From the IMG/VR virus record IMGVR_UViG_3300033075_001021: a DNA stretch of 64,000 nucleotides. The stretch is one strand, 5' to 3'. Within the stretch, counting starts at the first letter, position 1, and each line of letters opens with the position of its first letter. The notes beneath the pieces are model-generated. The model saw only the letters and a program-made list of their open reading frames with translations, was not told where the DNA came from and searched no databases. The translations under genes were made by a program, and so were the position numbers. Shown in pieces: positions 39,353-50,404 of the stretch. The DNA is from a virus (lineage: Duplodnaviria > Caudoviricetes).

Positions 39353-39718
39353 TCAGTATTCGCAGGGTAGGAGAAGCACGTTATCAATGAACCATATTGT
39401 GGCTTCCTTGTAGGGGAAATCAGAATAGGGGATTGCTTGTTGTGTTACTTGGTTTTCGTTACCATCTTCGCAGGTCAGCAGGTAGGCATCGTTTTCGGTT
39501 TCTTTCAGTTGCCATACTTGGAAGCCTTCGAGTTTAACACTTGGGTCAACTTGGTGGCTCAAGATTGCATCGAGCAGCCAAAAGGCTTTGCACATTTCGG
39601 CGAGGTGTTTAACGCCGTCAGTCATTGTAACTTTGGGGAATAAGATTGAAACCCTATGCCATTGGTCAGTACCTCCAGCGTGTTGTGTGAGGTCTGTGTT
39701 TGCATTTTGTTTTTTCAT
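39353..39718 (-). CDS. DUF6876-like protein, copy 1
   Basis: TDGV..LAE...AFWLLDAI.S...FQVW.L...CEDGN...IPYSDFP...VLLLP.EY. Confidence 0.75.
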   Translation of the reverse strand: MKKQNANTDLTQHAGGTDQWHRVSILFPKVTMTDGVKHLAEMCKAFWLLDAILSHQVDPSVKLEGFQVWQLKETENDAYLLTCEDGNENQVTQQAIPYSDFPYKEATIWFIDNVLLLPCEY

Positions 39719-39769
39719 GATTGATTAATTTAGGATACAAAGATAAGGGTATTTTATGAATCCACCAAA

Positions 39770-40222
39770 TTAATCGTGGGTATAAATTACATTTTTTGGC
39801 GTAAAGTTGATGCAATTCAATTTTCTTTCAACATTAAAACAAAATCCCAATATGAGGTAGTCAATTTCAATTTTTGGATTAATTTTACCATACATCGTGT
39901 TCATCGTATCACCAGAACTGATAAAGTCATCAATGATGATATTGATTTCACCATTATCAACAAAACGTTTAAAATTATCACATTCTGAATGGCTCTTTTC
40001 ACCATCTTTTTTTACATGGAGTATGGTTACATTTTCTACAATACTAGCAAAGATTGCAGCCATGATTGCACCACTTGAACCCATACAAAAGACGTTTATT
40101 TTACCTTTGCACTGTTCTTTATTGAAGGCTTTGGCTAATTCTTGAATAACAGGAAGATTGTGGCTTATGTGCATTCCGACAGGATAATTAACTTCACCAC
40201 AATTAGCGTTAATTAATTTCAT
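39770..40222 (-). CDS. Type I phosphoribosyltransferase-like protein
   Basis: IIIDDFISSGDT PRPP-binding motif. Confidence 0.8.
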   Translation of the reverse strand: MKLINANCGEVNYPVGMHISHNLPVIQELAKAFNKEQCKGKINVFCMGSSGAIMAAIFASIVENVTILHVKKDGEKSHSECDNFKRFVDNGEINIIIDDFISSGDTMNTMYGKINPKIEIDYLILGFCFNVERKLNCINFTPKNVIYTHD

Positions 40223-40333
40223 GATTGATAAATTTAGGATGTAAAGATAAGGTTATTTTCTGAAATAAAAAAATCTTTTTTATTTGGTAGATACAAAAAA
40301 TAGTCCTATATTTGTATTCTAAACCTACAAGAT

Positions 40334-40456
40334 ATGAAATTCAGACATGCGGTTCTTTACTTTATTATTGCTGCGGCAATTCTGTGTTTAACTTCATGCG
40401 CTCGTAACGGTTACGGCTGTAAAGGGCGTGGGAAGATTATCACAAGGGTACGTTAA
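40334..40456 (+). CDS. 40-aa lipoprotein (not in ORF track)
   Basis: MKFRHAVLYFIIAAAILCLTSC-ARNGYGCKGRG; own promoter and terminator. Confidence 0.7.
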   Translation: MKFRHAVLYFIIAAAILCLTSCARNGYGCKGRGKIITRVR

Positions 40457-40545
40457 TGGTTGGTAATTTAGGAATATTGCAATCCTTCGGGATTGCTTTA
40501 TTTTTGATTTAATGAAATAAAAAAGGCCCTTTCGGGCCAGTTATT

Positions 40546-40692
40546 TTACCATTCATCCTCCCATTCGTCATCATCTTCTTCGTCATCACCCCATCCTCCA
40601 TTGTTCTCTTCATTCCATTCGGGAGCATCTGGTCGGTTGCAAGTTTCGAATCTTTCATCAAGTCCGAAATCTTCGTTAGGTTCGTGTGCCAT
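40546..40692 (-). CDS. 48-aa highly acidic peptide (not in ORF track)
   Basis: MAHEPNEDFGLDERFETCNRPDAPEWNEENNGGWGDDEEDDDEWEDEW; own promoter and terminator. Confidence 0.7.
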   Translation of the reverse strand: MAHEPNEDFGLDERFETCNRPDAPEWNEENNGGWGDDEEDDDEWEDEW

Positions 40693-40727
40693 GTTTTATT
40701 GATTTAGGACACAAAGATAAGGGTATT

Positions 40728-41202
40728 TTATGAATTAACCAAAATATTTTTGATGTTTTCTATTAATTTATTTTTGGTTTTTTGGAATAAAACCCTGTTT
40801 ACCCCGTTTTCAATTCGCCACAATGGATATTGACTTTTATTTACAAAAGCCCATCCATTTTGTTCAGTTGGTAGAGATTTAATAATGTAGCCAATATATT
40901 CACCATCATGATAAACATCAGTATGTGGATGCTCTTTCTCTGTTTCCCTTCGATTTTTAAACGTCAGCATGATTAATGATTTAGGACACAAAGATAAGTC
41001 TATTTTCCGAAAGTACCAAATTTATTTACAGATATTTGCAACGATTTAGCAGGTCTAAATATTCAGATTGTGTGCCGATAAAGTAGTATTTATCAACCTT
41101 TCTATCGGTACGTTGGTGCAGTTGGTTGCTACCAATAATTCCGTATATAGGTAGCAAATAATCGTATTGCTTTTTGGTTATTTGAAATGATTGTCCACGC
41201 AT
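40728..41202 (-). CDS. Two small hypothetical genes (40728..40970; 41026..41202)
   Basis: Each has its own promoter and leader. Confidence 0.6.
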
Positions 41203-41292
41203 AATTGATAAATTTAGATTGTAAAGATAAGGTTATTTTGGGATATAACCAAAAAAATGAGGGTGAAAATTCACCCCCATTTCCTAAATTTA

Positions 41293-41658
41293 TCAGTATT
41301 CGCAGGGTAGGAGAAGCACGTTATCAACCAACCAAATTGTGGCTTCCTCATAGGGGAAATCTGAATAAGGTATTTTTTGGCTTGTTACTTGGTTATTGTT
41401 GCCATCTTCGCAGGTCAGCAGGTAGGCATCATTTCCAGCGTGTTTAAGTTTCCAAACTTGAAAAGGTTGCTGCCTTACTTTGGTGTGTACTTGGTGGCTC
41501 AGGATTGCATCCAGCAGCCAAAAGGCTTTGCACATTTCGGCGAGGTGTTTAACGCCGTCTGTGATTGTATGCTTTGGAAATAGCGGTGAATATCTGTACC
41601 AGTTGTCAGTACCGCCAGCGTGTTGTGCGAGGTCGGTGTTTGCATTTTGTTTTTTCAT
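41293..41658 (-). CDS. DUF6876-like protein, copy 2
   Basis: Close paralog of 39353..39718, including flanks. Confidence 0.75.
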   Translation of the reverse strand: MKKQNANTDLAQHAGGTDNWYRYSPLFPKHTITDGVKHLAEMCKAFWLLDAILSHQVHTKVRQQPFQVWKLKHAGNDAYLLTCEDGNNNQVTSQKIPYSDFPYEEATIWLVDNVLLLPCEY

Positions 41659-41710
41659 GATTGATTAATTTAGGGTACAAAGATAAGGTTATTTTCTGAA
41701 TCTACCAAAT

Positions 41711-41941
41711 TTATTTTTTTCTATCTCGATAATCGTATTTCTTTACCATATCATCATAAACTTTTTCAGATATGCCACCGAAGCAGTAAGTATTACCATG
41801 TATTTCAACTTCGCACATATTAACGGATGCTTTCTCAATAGTGGTATTGTCGCCTTGTGGTATTAGTCTTAAATGAATGACTTTAAAGGCATCATATTTG
41901 AATTGTAGAAAGCCTTTAAGCTGCTTTTCGGAAACGTTCAT
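41711..41941 (-). CDS. Hypothetical protein
   Basis: 76 aa behind a structured leader. Confidence 0.6.
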   Translation of the reverse strand: MNVSEKQLKGFLQFKYDAFKVIHLRLIPQGDNTTIEKASVNMCEVEIHGNTYCFGGISEKVYDDMVKKYDYRDRKK

Positions 41942-41958
41942 AATTGATAAATTTAGAG

Positions 41959-42051
41959 TGTAATTGAAAGAGAGGCATTTATCTACTACGGTAACACTTA
42001 AGTTCGCTCCTTCGATATATTTACTCCTTTATCTCCTTCCCTTCAATTACA
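41959..42051 (-). ncRNA. Candidate structured 5' leader
   Basis: UGUAAUUGAAGGGA...UCUUUCAAUUACA closing stem starting at the predicted +1. Confidence 0.45.
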
Positions 42052-42094
42052 ATGCAAATATAAGACTACTTTTGCAATCTACCAAATTTATTTT

Positions 42095-42244
42095 TTATCT
42101 ACCACGATAACAGCCGTAACCAATCATTCTTTGTTGGTCGGGGCAACCGTTACCACGCTGAAGCGTTACGCATGATGAAAGCATCAAGCAAATAAGAATA
42201 AAGAAAGTTGCCAAAAAAAGCATTGTGTTAATAAAGCGTTTCAT
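42095..42244 (-). CDS. 49-aa lipoprotein (not in ORF track)
   Basis: ...ILICLMLSSC-VTLQRGNGCPDQQRMIGYGCYRGR; own promoter. Confidence 0.7.
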   Translation of the reverse strand: MKRFINTMLFLATFFILICLMLSSCVTLQRGNGCPDQQRMIGYGCYRGR

Positions 42245-42363
42245 AATTGATTAATTTAGGATTCAAAGATAAGAGTATTTTTGAAATAAAAAAATTTTTT
42301 TTACCTAAAAATAATCTTACATTTGCAGCAGTTCTTTATTTATCACCACTAAATTTATCAATT

Positions 42364-42615
42364 ATGCAAGTAACACCGATTCAAATTTTTGTGTTTACCC
42401 AATCTTTGGTTACTAAGATTAAAACGCCTTCAATGGAGTTGACAAGGGTTGCTCCTGGTTTTCGGAATGACTACAAAAAAGCAAGGGGTTTAGGTCGTAA
42501 CGCTGATGCTTTAACCGTATTAAAGGATGTCAGGAAGTTTTGCGAGGAAGTTGGTTGGATGAATGAATTTAATCGAGCAACCGAGGGGTATCCTGAAATC
42601 GTTGCACAACTGTAA
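42364..42615 (+). CDS. Hypothetical protein
   Basis: Start reassigned to MQVTPI; + strand promoter and terminator. Confidence 0.65.
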   Translation: MQVTPIQIFVFTQSLVTKIKTPSMELTRVAPGFRNDYKKARGLGRNADALTVLKDVRKFCEEVGWMNEFNRATEGYPEIVAQL

Positions 42616-42664
42616 TCATGGGGCTTCGGCCCCTTTTTTTATTTGTTATACACACAAAACTGTG

Positions 42665-42865
42665 CTACATTTGTACTGACCATCTGCGTATCAATCTTTC
42701 AAAAAGGAATAAGAGTTCGTTGTCAGGTAGTTCCGCAAAGTTTATATCTTTGAGGTGTTTCTTTTCTATACCATGTGTGAAGTTCTGCCAGCGCATTACT
42801 GATGTTGGAAAACCGTTTTCAGCTTTGCGTATTTCTTCAATGCGTTTCAGGATTAGTTCTCTCAT
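42665..42865 (-). CDS. Hypothetical protein
   Basis: 66 aa ORF. Confidence 0.55.
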   Translation of the reverse strand: MRELILKRIEEIRKAENGFPTSVMRWQNFTHGIEKKHLKDINFAELPDNELLFLFERLIRRWSVQM

Positions 42866-43039
42866 AAATTTGGAAGGCTTGGTTACCCTTCCGCACCGTT
42901 TGGCAGGTTGAAGCCCCTATCTCCACGCCATCCCTGTGGGATTACAGTGGCTGGTTGTTTTGAGGTTCACGGTTATGATAGGATTTTCACCGTAAACGTC
43001 AGCGCGTCTTTATGTACACAAATGTGTATATGTGTGGGC

Positions 43040-43177
43040 TTATCTGTACCCCACATAATTCTTTTTAACGTAAGTACATTCGGTTGTTCTGCAACTTGTT
43101 AGGTTTGCGATTAAAACGATTACCACCAATGCAATGATGCTAACCTTTAAGATTTTTTTTGCTTGTGCGTCTGTCAT
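43040..43177 (-). CDS. 45-aa lipoprotein (not in ORF track)
   Basis: ...IIALVVIVLIANLTSC-RTTECTYVKKNYVGYR; own promoter. Confidence 0.7.
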   Translation of the reverse strand: MTDAQAKKILKVSIIALVVIVLIANLTSCRTTECTYVKKNYVGYR

Positions 43178-43216
43178 GATTGATTTGTTTTAGAACACAA
43201 AGATAAGACTATCTTA

Positions 43217-43429
43217 TCAATATACCAAATTTATTTTGAAATATTCTTTGATTTCTTTTTCGGTTGCTTCTCTGATAATACTTCGGGGTGCCATTGGAAA
43301 GGCTCCATGTGCAGCATTTACAGAATCAAATAACCCCACTTCAACGTTATCCCATGCCGACCTTGCACCAACAACATAATATTTTTTGTTAGGTTTATAT
43401 ACCATACCTGTTTTTTCTGTTACTTTCAT
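43217..43429 (-). CDS. Hypothetical protein
   Basis: Own promoter. Confidence 0.6.
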   Translation of the reverse strand: MKVTEKTGMVYKPNKKYYVVGARSAWDNVEVGLFDSVNAAHGAFPMAPRSIIREATEKEIKEYFKINLVY

Positions 43430-43458
43430 ATTGATTGATTTAGAACACGAAGATAAGA

Positions 43459-43932
43459 CTATCTTACCAATATACCAAATTTATCTTTGAGTATTTTTCG
43501 TGCTGCTTTTTTGGCTTCAGTATCCAGCCATTCATTTACCCAATGCCTTGCCGTATTGGTGTGTAAATGTGCTTTAACGTGCCTAAGGGATACGTCCTTT
43601 ACTCCCAGCTGTTGGATGATGGATTGATAGGCTTTGTAGTTATCTTTGCCGTATTGAGGAAGGTTCTTGAATGTACCTTTGGTTTCAACCGTATCAATAA
43701 CCGTTTGGCTATCGGTATTGATATAGATTTCGGTGATTTCCCAATTTTGTTTTTTGAGTAGATGCAGGGCGTTGATTACAGCCTTAAATTCTGCATCGTG
43801 TGGTGTTTCCACATTTCCTTTGAAACCGTCAGCGTGTTTTACCCTACCTTTGTTTGAAGCTATCCAAATAGCATATCCACCTATCTTTTGCAAAGGGTAA
43901 AATGACGCATCGGTATTGATTGTTACCAGCAT
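43459..43932 (-). CDS. Ribonuclease HI-like protein
   Basis: INTDAS, AEF.AV..AL, INTDSQ, HVKAH, N...D..AK. Confidence 0.85.
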   Translation of the reverse strand: MLVTINTDASFYPLQKIGGYAIWIASNKGRVKHADGFKGNVETPHDAEFKAVINALHLLKKQNWEITEIYINTDSQTVIDTVETKGTFKNLPQYGKDNYKAYQSIIQQLGVKDVSLRHVKAHLHTNTARHWVNEWLDTEAKKAARKILKDKFGILVR

Positions 43933-43964
43933 CGTTTGATAATTAGACCACAAAGATACAACAA

Positions 43965-44610
43965 TTATTTCATATTACCAAATCCACCAATTTCTTTTTC
44001 CAATAATTTCCAGATTTCTTTTCTGATGAATTTAAAATAAATACCTGAATTAATCAATGCTTTTTTTGTTACAATAGCATAGGCATACTTCATGTTATCT
44101 TTATCACTATCATGTTTTACAATGGTTGCAAACCCCTTTAAAAACCCATTCACAAAGACCAAACATTGCGTTGTTTTAGCCCAAGTTTTACCATAATTAT
44201 TACGACTCTTTGGTTGACCAACCAAATATTGTAGTTTAACTTGAATTGACTCATCTTTAGTTGAATAATTGATTTCCATGATTGATTTGATTCAGGATAC
44301 AAAGATAAGGTTATTTTGGGAGATTATCAAATTTATCTTTATTGTTATTGTACCAATCTATGAAGTGATTTATGGCAACTATAACCGCTATTTTTTTTGT
44401 TTCCTCCCGAAAAAAAGATGAGTGAAATGAATCAGATATTTCGGGGTACGCCATTGCAAATTGATTGTTCATATTGATTTCACAACAATTGCCCCATATT
44501 TTAACACTGAAGCATGAAAAATCTTTTATCTGTGTCAAGTTGATGGATTCAATTTCATCAATGACTTTGTGAATCTTTATCCAGTTTGAAACAAATATTA
44601 ATTTTTCCAT
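43965..44610 (-). CDS. Two hypothetical genes (43965..44279; 44311..44610)
   Basis: Each has its own promoter. Confidence 0.6.
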
Positions 44611-44629
44611 GTTGTAAAGATAAGACTAT

Positions 44630-45145
44630 TTAATCAAATATCAAAATTAAATCCTCATTATTTTTGACAAAATAATCGGTAGGGTTAAATTGTTCAACCC
44701 AATGCTGATAAGGTAACAATCTTTCATCACCAAAAGATGGTACTTTATATCCGTTTAATGGTACATAATGAACGCTCTTTTGTCCGTCTTGTTTGTATCG
44801 GTTGAGAATTGACTTAATTTGTGTATCAGTAAAATGCTCCAATACACCATGTGTTACAACAATATCCACACATTGCTCACATGATTGAAATATGTCGCCA
44901 CGCCTTAATGATAGTTCAGGGTTATTCCGTTGGCAAAGATTAAGCATATCAGGACAAAGGTCGAAACCTGATACATTTACACCTTTCTTGATAAGATGTT
45001 TCGATATACTACCAATTCCAACACCTTCTTCCCTTACAGAATGTTTTGATGAAACAATTTCGAGGAGTTCTCCATACTTTTTTTCAAAGTAGTTTTGATA
45101 CGTGGAATTGATACGTGAACCGTAGAAGTTTGACCATCTGCTCAT
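44630..45145 (-). CDS. Class I SAM-dependent methyltransferase
   Basis: EEGVGIG, GFDL...ML, GDIF, HGVLEHF. Confidence 0.85.
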   Translation of the reverse strand: MSRWSNFYGSRINSTYQNYFEKKYGELLEIVSSKHSVREEGVGIGSISKHLIKKGVNVSGFDLCPDMLNLCQRNNPELSLRRGDIFQSCEQCVDIVVTHGVLEHFTDTQIKSILNRYKQDGQKSVHYVPLNGYKVPSFGDERLLPYQHWVEQFNPTDYFVKNNEDLILIFD

Positions 45146-45241
45146 ATTTGATTGATTTAGGACACAAATATAAGACTATTTATCTAAATAACCAAATAAA
45201 AAACCCACAAGTTATGGATTTTTTAATTTTTTTGTGACAGT

Positions 45242-45595
45242 TTAATTACCATTAACCTTAATAAGATTAATAATAAACAATGTGAGTAACCCTACAAATG
45301 CTCCAGAAATAACATAATATTTAACCCTTGCCTGAGTTGAATGGAATTCAGGCAGGCCGACAGGTGTTTGTTTGTTCAGATAGTTGTTCACCAATTTAGC
45401 GGTGGAATTTGTCGTTAGTGCAGAATAATTATCAAAATTAGCACCATTATCAGCGACCTGAATTGAATTTGAAATGGTTTCATGGTCGTTTACCACACTC
45501 TGTTCATTTTTAATCTCAGATTTATACGGAGATTGTGAAAATGCTGTGAACGAAAGGGTTAAAATTGTTACGAGAAACATAAATGCTTTTTTCAT
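45242..45595 (-). CDS. Exported protein with a C-terminal membrane anchor
   Basis: Signal peptide ...TAFSQ and a C-terminal hydrophobic helix. Confidence 0.65.
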   Translation of the reverse strand: MKKAFMFLVTILTLSFTAFSQSPYKSEIKNEQSVVNDHETISNSIQVADNGANFDNYSALTTNSTAKLVNNYLNKQTPVGLPEFHSTQARVKYYVISGAFVGLLTLFIINLIKVNGN

Positions 45596-45656
45596 GCGTT
45601 TGTTTTTAATATGTTAATTAATGCAAATATACGATTATTTTGTAAGAATAACAAAT

Positions 45657-47473
45657 TTATTTTTGTATTAATTCGGAAATACACATAACAACATTTTGTT
45701 TTTCTTGCAATTCTCTACGAGATAATTGCAATGCTGTATCAAGATAGTCTTGAACAAAATCAGACAATATGAATGATTTAATGTCTAATGTATATTCCAA
45801 ACATTCAAAAGCATCTTCAGCATTTTTAGTTTTGATGAAATTACCAACACCACCACGCCATATTGGTTGAGTTCCAGCAACAATACATTTACCATTGGTA
45901 AGAAGTTTTCTTGCAATGTTTTCAGCACCATTACAATCTATTGGAAACAGTTTGAGAAGAGTTTTTATTTGTGTTTCGTTAAGTATCATAACTCATTAAT
46001 TTAGATTGTAAAGATAAGACTATTTTCTGAATCTACCAAATTTATTTTACAGAAAAACCCCAACCATTTGGGTCGGGGTCTTCTGCTAAATTATCAATAC
46101 GAGCCTTACGCTTTTTGTTCTTTGATTACTTCGAGATTGTTCTTCTCAATAACGTGGTCAATGAGAAAGTTCATATCGGCTTCATCCACCACAAAGGTAT
46201 CGAGTTGTTTTTGGTTGAAACGTGCCATTTCTTTAACACACTTCTTTACCCCTGTAAAGCCAACATATCCAATTGATTGTGGCTTAATTTCAAGCGGTGA
46301 AACGCTAAGGTATAACCCACGCCTTTCATTGTCACCTGTAAAGTAATTCATACCACCCTTTGCGTAATAAAGTTCAACCCGAAGAGTGTTTGCCTTATTG
46401 TTGAGGATAGACATATCCTTAATAATTCGTTTTTGCATATCTGATTGATTTAGGATACAAAGATAAGACTATTTTATGAAAGCGCCAAATTTTTGGGTAA
46501 GATTATTTTTTTGAGTTTTTCCATTGTGGTCTTGAGGTCTTCCATATCCACACATACGCTTATACGGTCATGAGCTGGTATCCAAAGGAACGTATAGTTC
46601 CTTGTGATTACATACCCTGTTTCAGGCTTACCATTGTACCAATACAAGATTGGGTAGTAGGAATAGCCTAAGTCTTTGAAACCCGTCTTAATGAAGCTGA
46701 AAATGCATTTCATGGTCATGTGTTTTAGTGTGGTAAAGGAAACAACCACAACAATATTCCAAAGATTGCAAACCCAAATAACATACCCACAAAAAATGTG
46801 GCTGCGATTGATTCGTATTGTTTATTGTCTTTCATAACACAAAGATAAGACTATTTTCTGATTCTACCAAATTTATTTTTTACAAACTTTTAAAACATAT
46901 CCAATTTGCTCCAATTCATCTTTTAAGTTTTTATATTCATCGGGTGTGGCTATTGGTTGTTTTTTAGCCCATTCATTGGTACATGAAGAATGTTGCCCAA
47001 TGTGAGCATAACAAGTTACGATTGAATTACCAAGTAATAACCTGTTATATTTTAATTGAGGGAAAACAGCAATAACTTCATTGTAGTGTTGGTCTTTTAC
47101 AAAGCGAACCAATGTTGCCATAATCGTTTTATTTAGAATGTAAAGATAAGACTATTTTCTGAAACTACCAAATAGAAGCATACAAAAGTTCATACTTTGC
47201 TTCATAATCTTCACCATCCTGAACATAAGCGACTTTTATCTCCAACAAATATCCGTATTCAAATTCTTCCACGCTAAGAATTTTTACGTTCTCAACGTCC
47301 TGTTCGCTTTCAATGGCTTTGATTATTTTCTTTTCAAATTCCTCAACACTTTCAGTATGGGTGATAACGTTAGCATTTTTGCTATCAGCATTTTGCATGG
47401 TTAGTACACCAGCAGCCAATGGCTTACTAATTCTATTATTAAAAATGTTTAATTTACTTTGAATGATATTCAT
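45657..47473 (-). CDS. Run of small hypothetical genes (45657..45989; 46106..46438; 46474..~46719; 46725..46835; 46873..47121; 47165..47473)
   Basis: Promoter-headed cassettes; 46725..46835 is a 36-aa membrane peptide not in the ORF track. Confidence 0.6.
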
Positions 47474-47579
47474 AATTGATTTGTTTTAGGACACAAAGAT
47501 AAGACTATTTTCTGAAATAAAAAAATCTTTTTTTGAAAAATAAATTTGGTTGTTTCAGAATTTTGTTATACCTTTGTAT

Positions 47580-47707
47580 TGTCATCGAGATTAGACGGGA
47601 CGTATTCAGCAAAGTTTACGGGAGGTATACTCCAACTTACATGAAACTTTTTTTACGAGGGTTTAAATAAAAAGAATCCACACTTGGCCAGTGTGGATAA
47701 CTTTTTT
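47580..47707 (+). ncRNA. Candidate small RNA
   Basis: + strand promoter (TTTG..TACCTTTG), no ORF over 9 aa seen, ends in an ATCCACAC/GTGTGGAT hairpin and T-run. Confidence 0.45.
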
Positions 47708-47724
47708 TGGTCATTTCCCCCGAA

Positions 47725-49312
47725 TTAATTAACTTCGAGGGTTTCGCCATTGGCTTTGAAACTTGATGCTTCAGCTATAATGAATTGACGGAAACTACCT
47801 GTTTTCAGCAACTTGCGGAGTTCATCTTTAGCAACGGTCAGTGGGCGACTGTTTTTTACAGGATAGTTACCTTCAACGTGTACGGTCTTTTTTACGCGAT
47901 TGCCATACACATACAATACGCCTGTATCATTGTGTACCTTTACACCCTTGCAGATATGTGTGTAGGCATCGGCTTGGGCTTGGCTGCGAGTTTCATCAGG
48001 CTTGGTCAGGCTTTGGATAAGTTCGGCTTTGGCTTTTGCCATTGTAACCATGTCAGATTTCCATTGACCTTTAGTAAGGTCAAGTTCCTGAAGAAATTTG
48101 ATGTCGGCTTCTTTGGCTTTCATGTAGTCAGCACCAATGTTAAACACATGGTCGGCTACTTCGCCTTGTTGGTTGGTATAACCTTTGATGCTTACAAAGG
48201 AAACACCTGTGGGAGATTTATCAACGGCAGCTTTTGCCATGTTGATTACTTTTGCAGCTTTAGGAGAAACTACTACCATAATTACTTGTGTCATACGTTT
48301 AATGATTTTGTAATGTAAAGGTAAGGTTATTTTTGATACAAACCAAATTTATTTTTTCGGTTTATGCAAGTCAGTTGGTTTTAAGGTTTTCCTTATACCT
48401 TTAAGGTAGTTAAGCAAGGCTTGTTTACCTTTATCGCTTTTGCTAACAAAGATATATACCTCAATCGGTGAAAAATATTCATGCCTTTGGGCAACACTTT
48501 TTGGTTTACCATTTAACACGGAATTTGCAATAGGATTATTCGTTACATATTCAGGAACATTATATACCCTTTCGGCACATTGCACAATTAATTGATTGGC
48601 ACGTTCAGAAAAACAATCACCACACATTTGCCCATAAATACATTTTTCAATATGATTTGGGTCTAATTTGTTTAGGTCAACACACAAATTATCCAATTCT
48701 TGTTTGGTTGCCTCTTTTTTTAATTTGGTTGCTTCTTTAACAACCAATTCAGCGAGGGTAATATTAACCTTTGCCATACGTTTAATGATTTTGTAATGTA
48801 AAGGTAAGATTATTTTATGAATCCACCAAAACTTTTTTCAGAAACTTTTTATTTTCTTTCCTATCGTATGCTTTCTTATTTTTATGCACACGATTATAGG
48901 ATACACGACCAGCTTCCAATTCAAGTTGGCGATTCACTTTCCTTAAAAGTTTATCTTGTATGTCCTTATTCAGTTTCATGTTGCAAAGATAAGAGTATTT
49001 TTGCAAACAACCAAATTAAATTTCGGATAATTCAGCGATACCGTTCTGAATGGTTTTGAATGTTTTGGTATTCACACCTTCAATGATTTTTTTGAGGCGG
49101 TCAAACCGTACCTTGTAATTATCACGGTTGTTTTTGGGGTTGGTAATAACAGCACCCAATTTGCGTTGAAGCTCCAGCATGTTAGCTGTCTTTTTGCTGG
49201 TTTCAATGGTACTGTGCAATTCAATACCCTTTTCACCTTTGAGGATAACGATACGATTCCTGTCAGAATCAGCGATTGAAATGCTTTTCGGCGTTGTAGT
49301 GATTGTGAGCAT
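47725..49312 (-). CDS. Four hypothetical genes (47725..48294; 48349..48777; 48815..48979; 49016..49312)
   Basis: Each has its own promoter. Confidence 0.65.
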
Positions 49313-49460
49313 ATTGATTTGATTTTGTTAGAACAAAGATAAGACTATTTTCTGAATCCACCAAATTTATTTTTGGTCTATGCACACAAATGTGTACAAG
49401 GGTATAAGATAATGGGCCCTAGTTACCTAGAGCCCTTACCTAACCAATACAAAACCAAAA

Positions 49461-49934
49461 TTATGCGCTGTGTCTGTCAGTATATTTGAGTGTCTTGCGA
49501 AGTTTCCATGGTAAATGACTTTGACAACGACAGGAGTATGTTGTTAACCTATCAGGACGCTTTACCCTTTGATGCTCCTTACCACAACCCTCACAGTTGG
49601 CAACATACCTCATTTGCGGTGTGTTGGTCTCACTGGTCTTATAGCAGCGTTCAGGCTTTGCACCAATTTCACGGCATTTAGCTTTCCAAACGTGGTTGTG
49701 TCCATGTCCACGACCTACCAATGCATGGGCTATTTCATGTAGAATGGTATCCTTAACAGGTGCTACCTCATTCAAGGCAGCGAGATGTTGAGATATACTG
49801 ATTATTTTTTCGCGATGATTACATAACCCGAAACGTCTTACGGCGTTATCCAATTCAAACCGCCAGCCCATTGAAATTAAACCATGTTCAGCCATTAACT
49901 GATTTCCAAGTGAAAGAACGTCTGATAGTTGCAT
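49461..49934 (-). CDS. SprT-like zinc metalloprotease
   Basis: RRFGLC, TILHEIAHAL..GHGH..WK, CEGC. Confidence 0.88.
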   Translation of the reverse strand: MQLSDVLSLGNQLMAEHGLISMGWRFELDNAVRRFGLCNHREKIISISQHLAALNEVAPVKDTILHEIAHALVGRGHGHNHVWKAKCREIGAKPERCYKTSETNTPQMRYVANCEGCGKEHQRVKRPDRLTTYSCRCQSHLPWKLRKTLKYTDRHSA

Positions 49935-50074
49935 ATTTGATTGATTTAGGACACAAAGATAAGACTATTTTTAATACAAACCAAATTTATTTTTATCTTT
50001 GTCATAACCAAAACAAAAGCCCCACCTTAGCAGCGGGGCCTTGTCCTAAATCAAGACAATAGACAATACAGAGT

Positions 50075-50353
50075 TTAATTGACGTCATGATATCCACGTC
50101 TTTTGGCTTGCACCATATGCTTAGGGTACCCGCCATTAGGATATCCATATTTTATAAAGTCTTTTCCCTTAATGGGTGCTCTTGTTTCGAAATCTTGTAC
50201 TACCTTTCCATCCTCAACACGTATTGACCCAGCCACATAATGTTTATCCGTATGGTTCCCGCTCGTAAAACCCATGAACTTACGGTTCTTCCATTTACGA
50301 CGTGTTTTTTCAGCGTATTGCTTTCCTTTAAATGTTCTTAATGTCTTACTCAT
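50075..50353 (-). CDS. Basic hypothetical protein
   Basis: 92 aa ORF. Confidence 0.6.
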   Translation of the reverse strand: MSKTLRTFKGKQYAEKTRRKWKNRKFMGFTSGNHTDKHYVAGSIRVEDGKVVQDFETRAPIKGKDFIKYGYPNGGYPKHMVQAKRRGYHDVN

Positions 50354-50404
50354 GATTAATATTTAGTTTAAGTACTCACGTGTACACAATTGTGTGTATA
50401 CATG

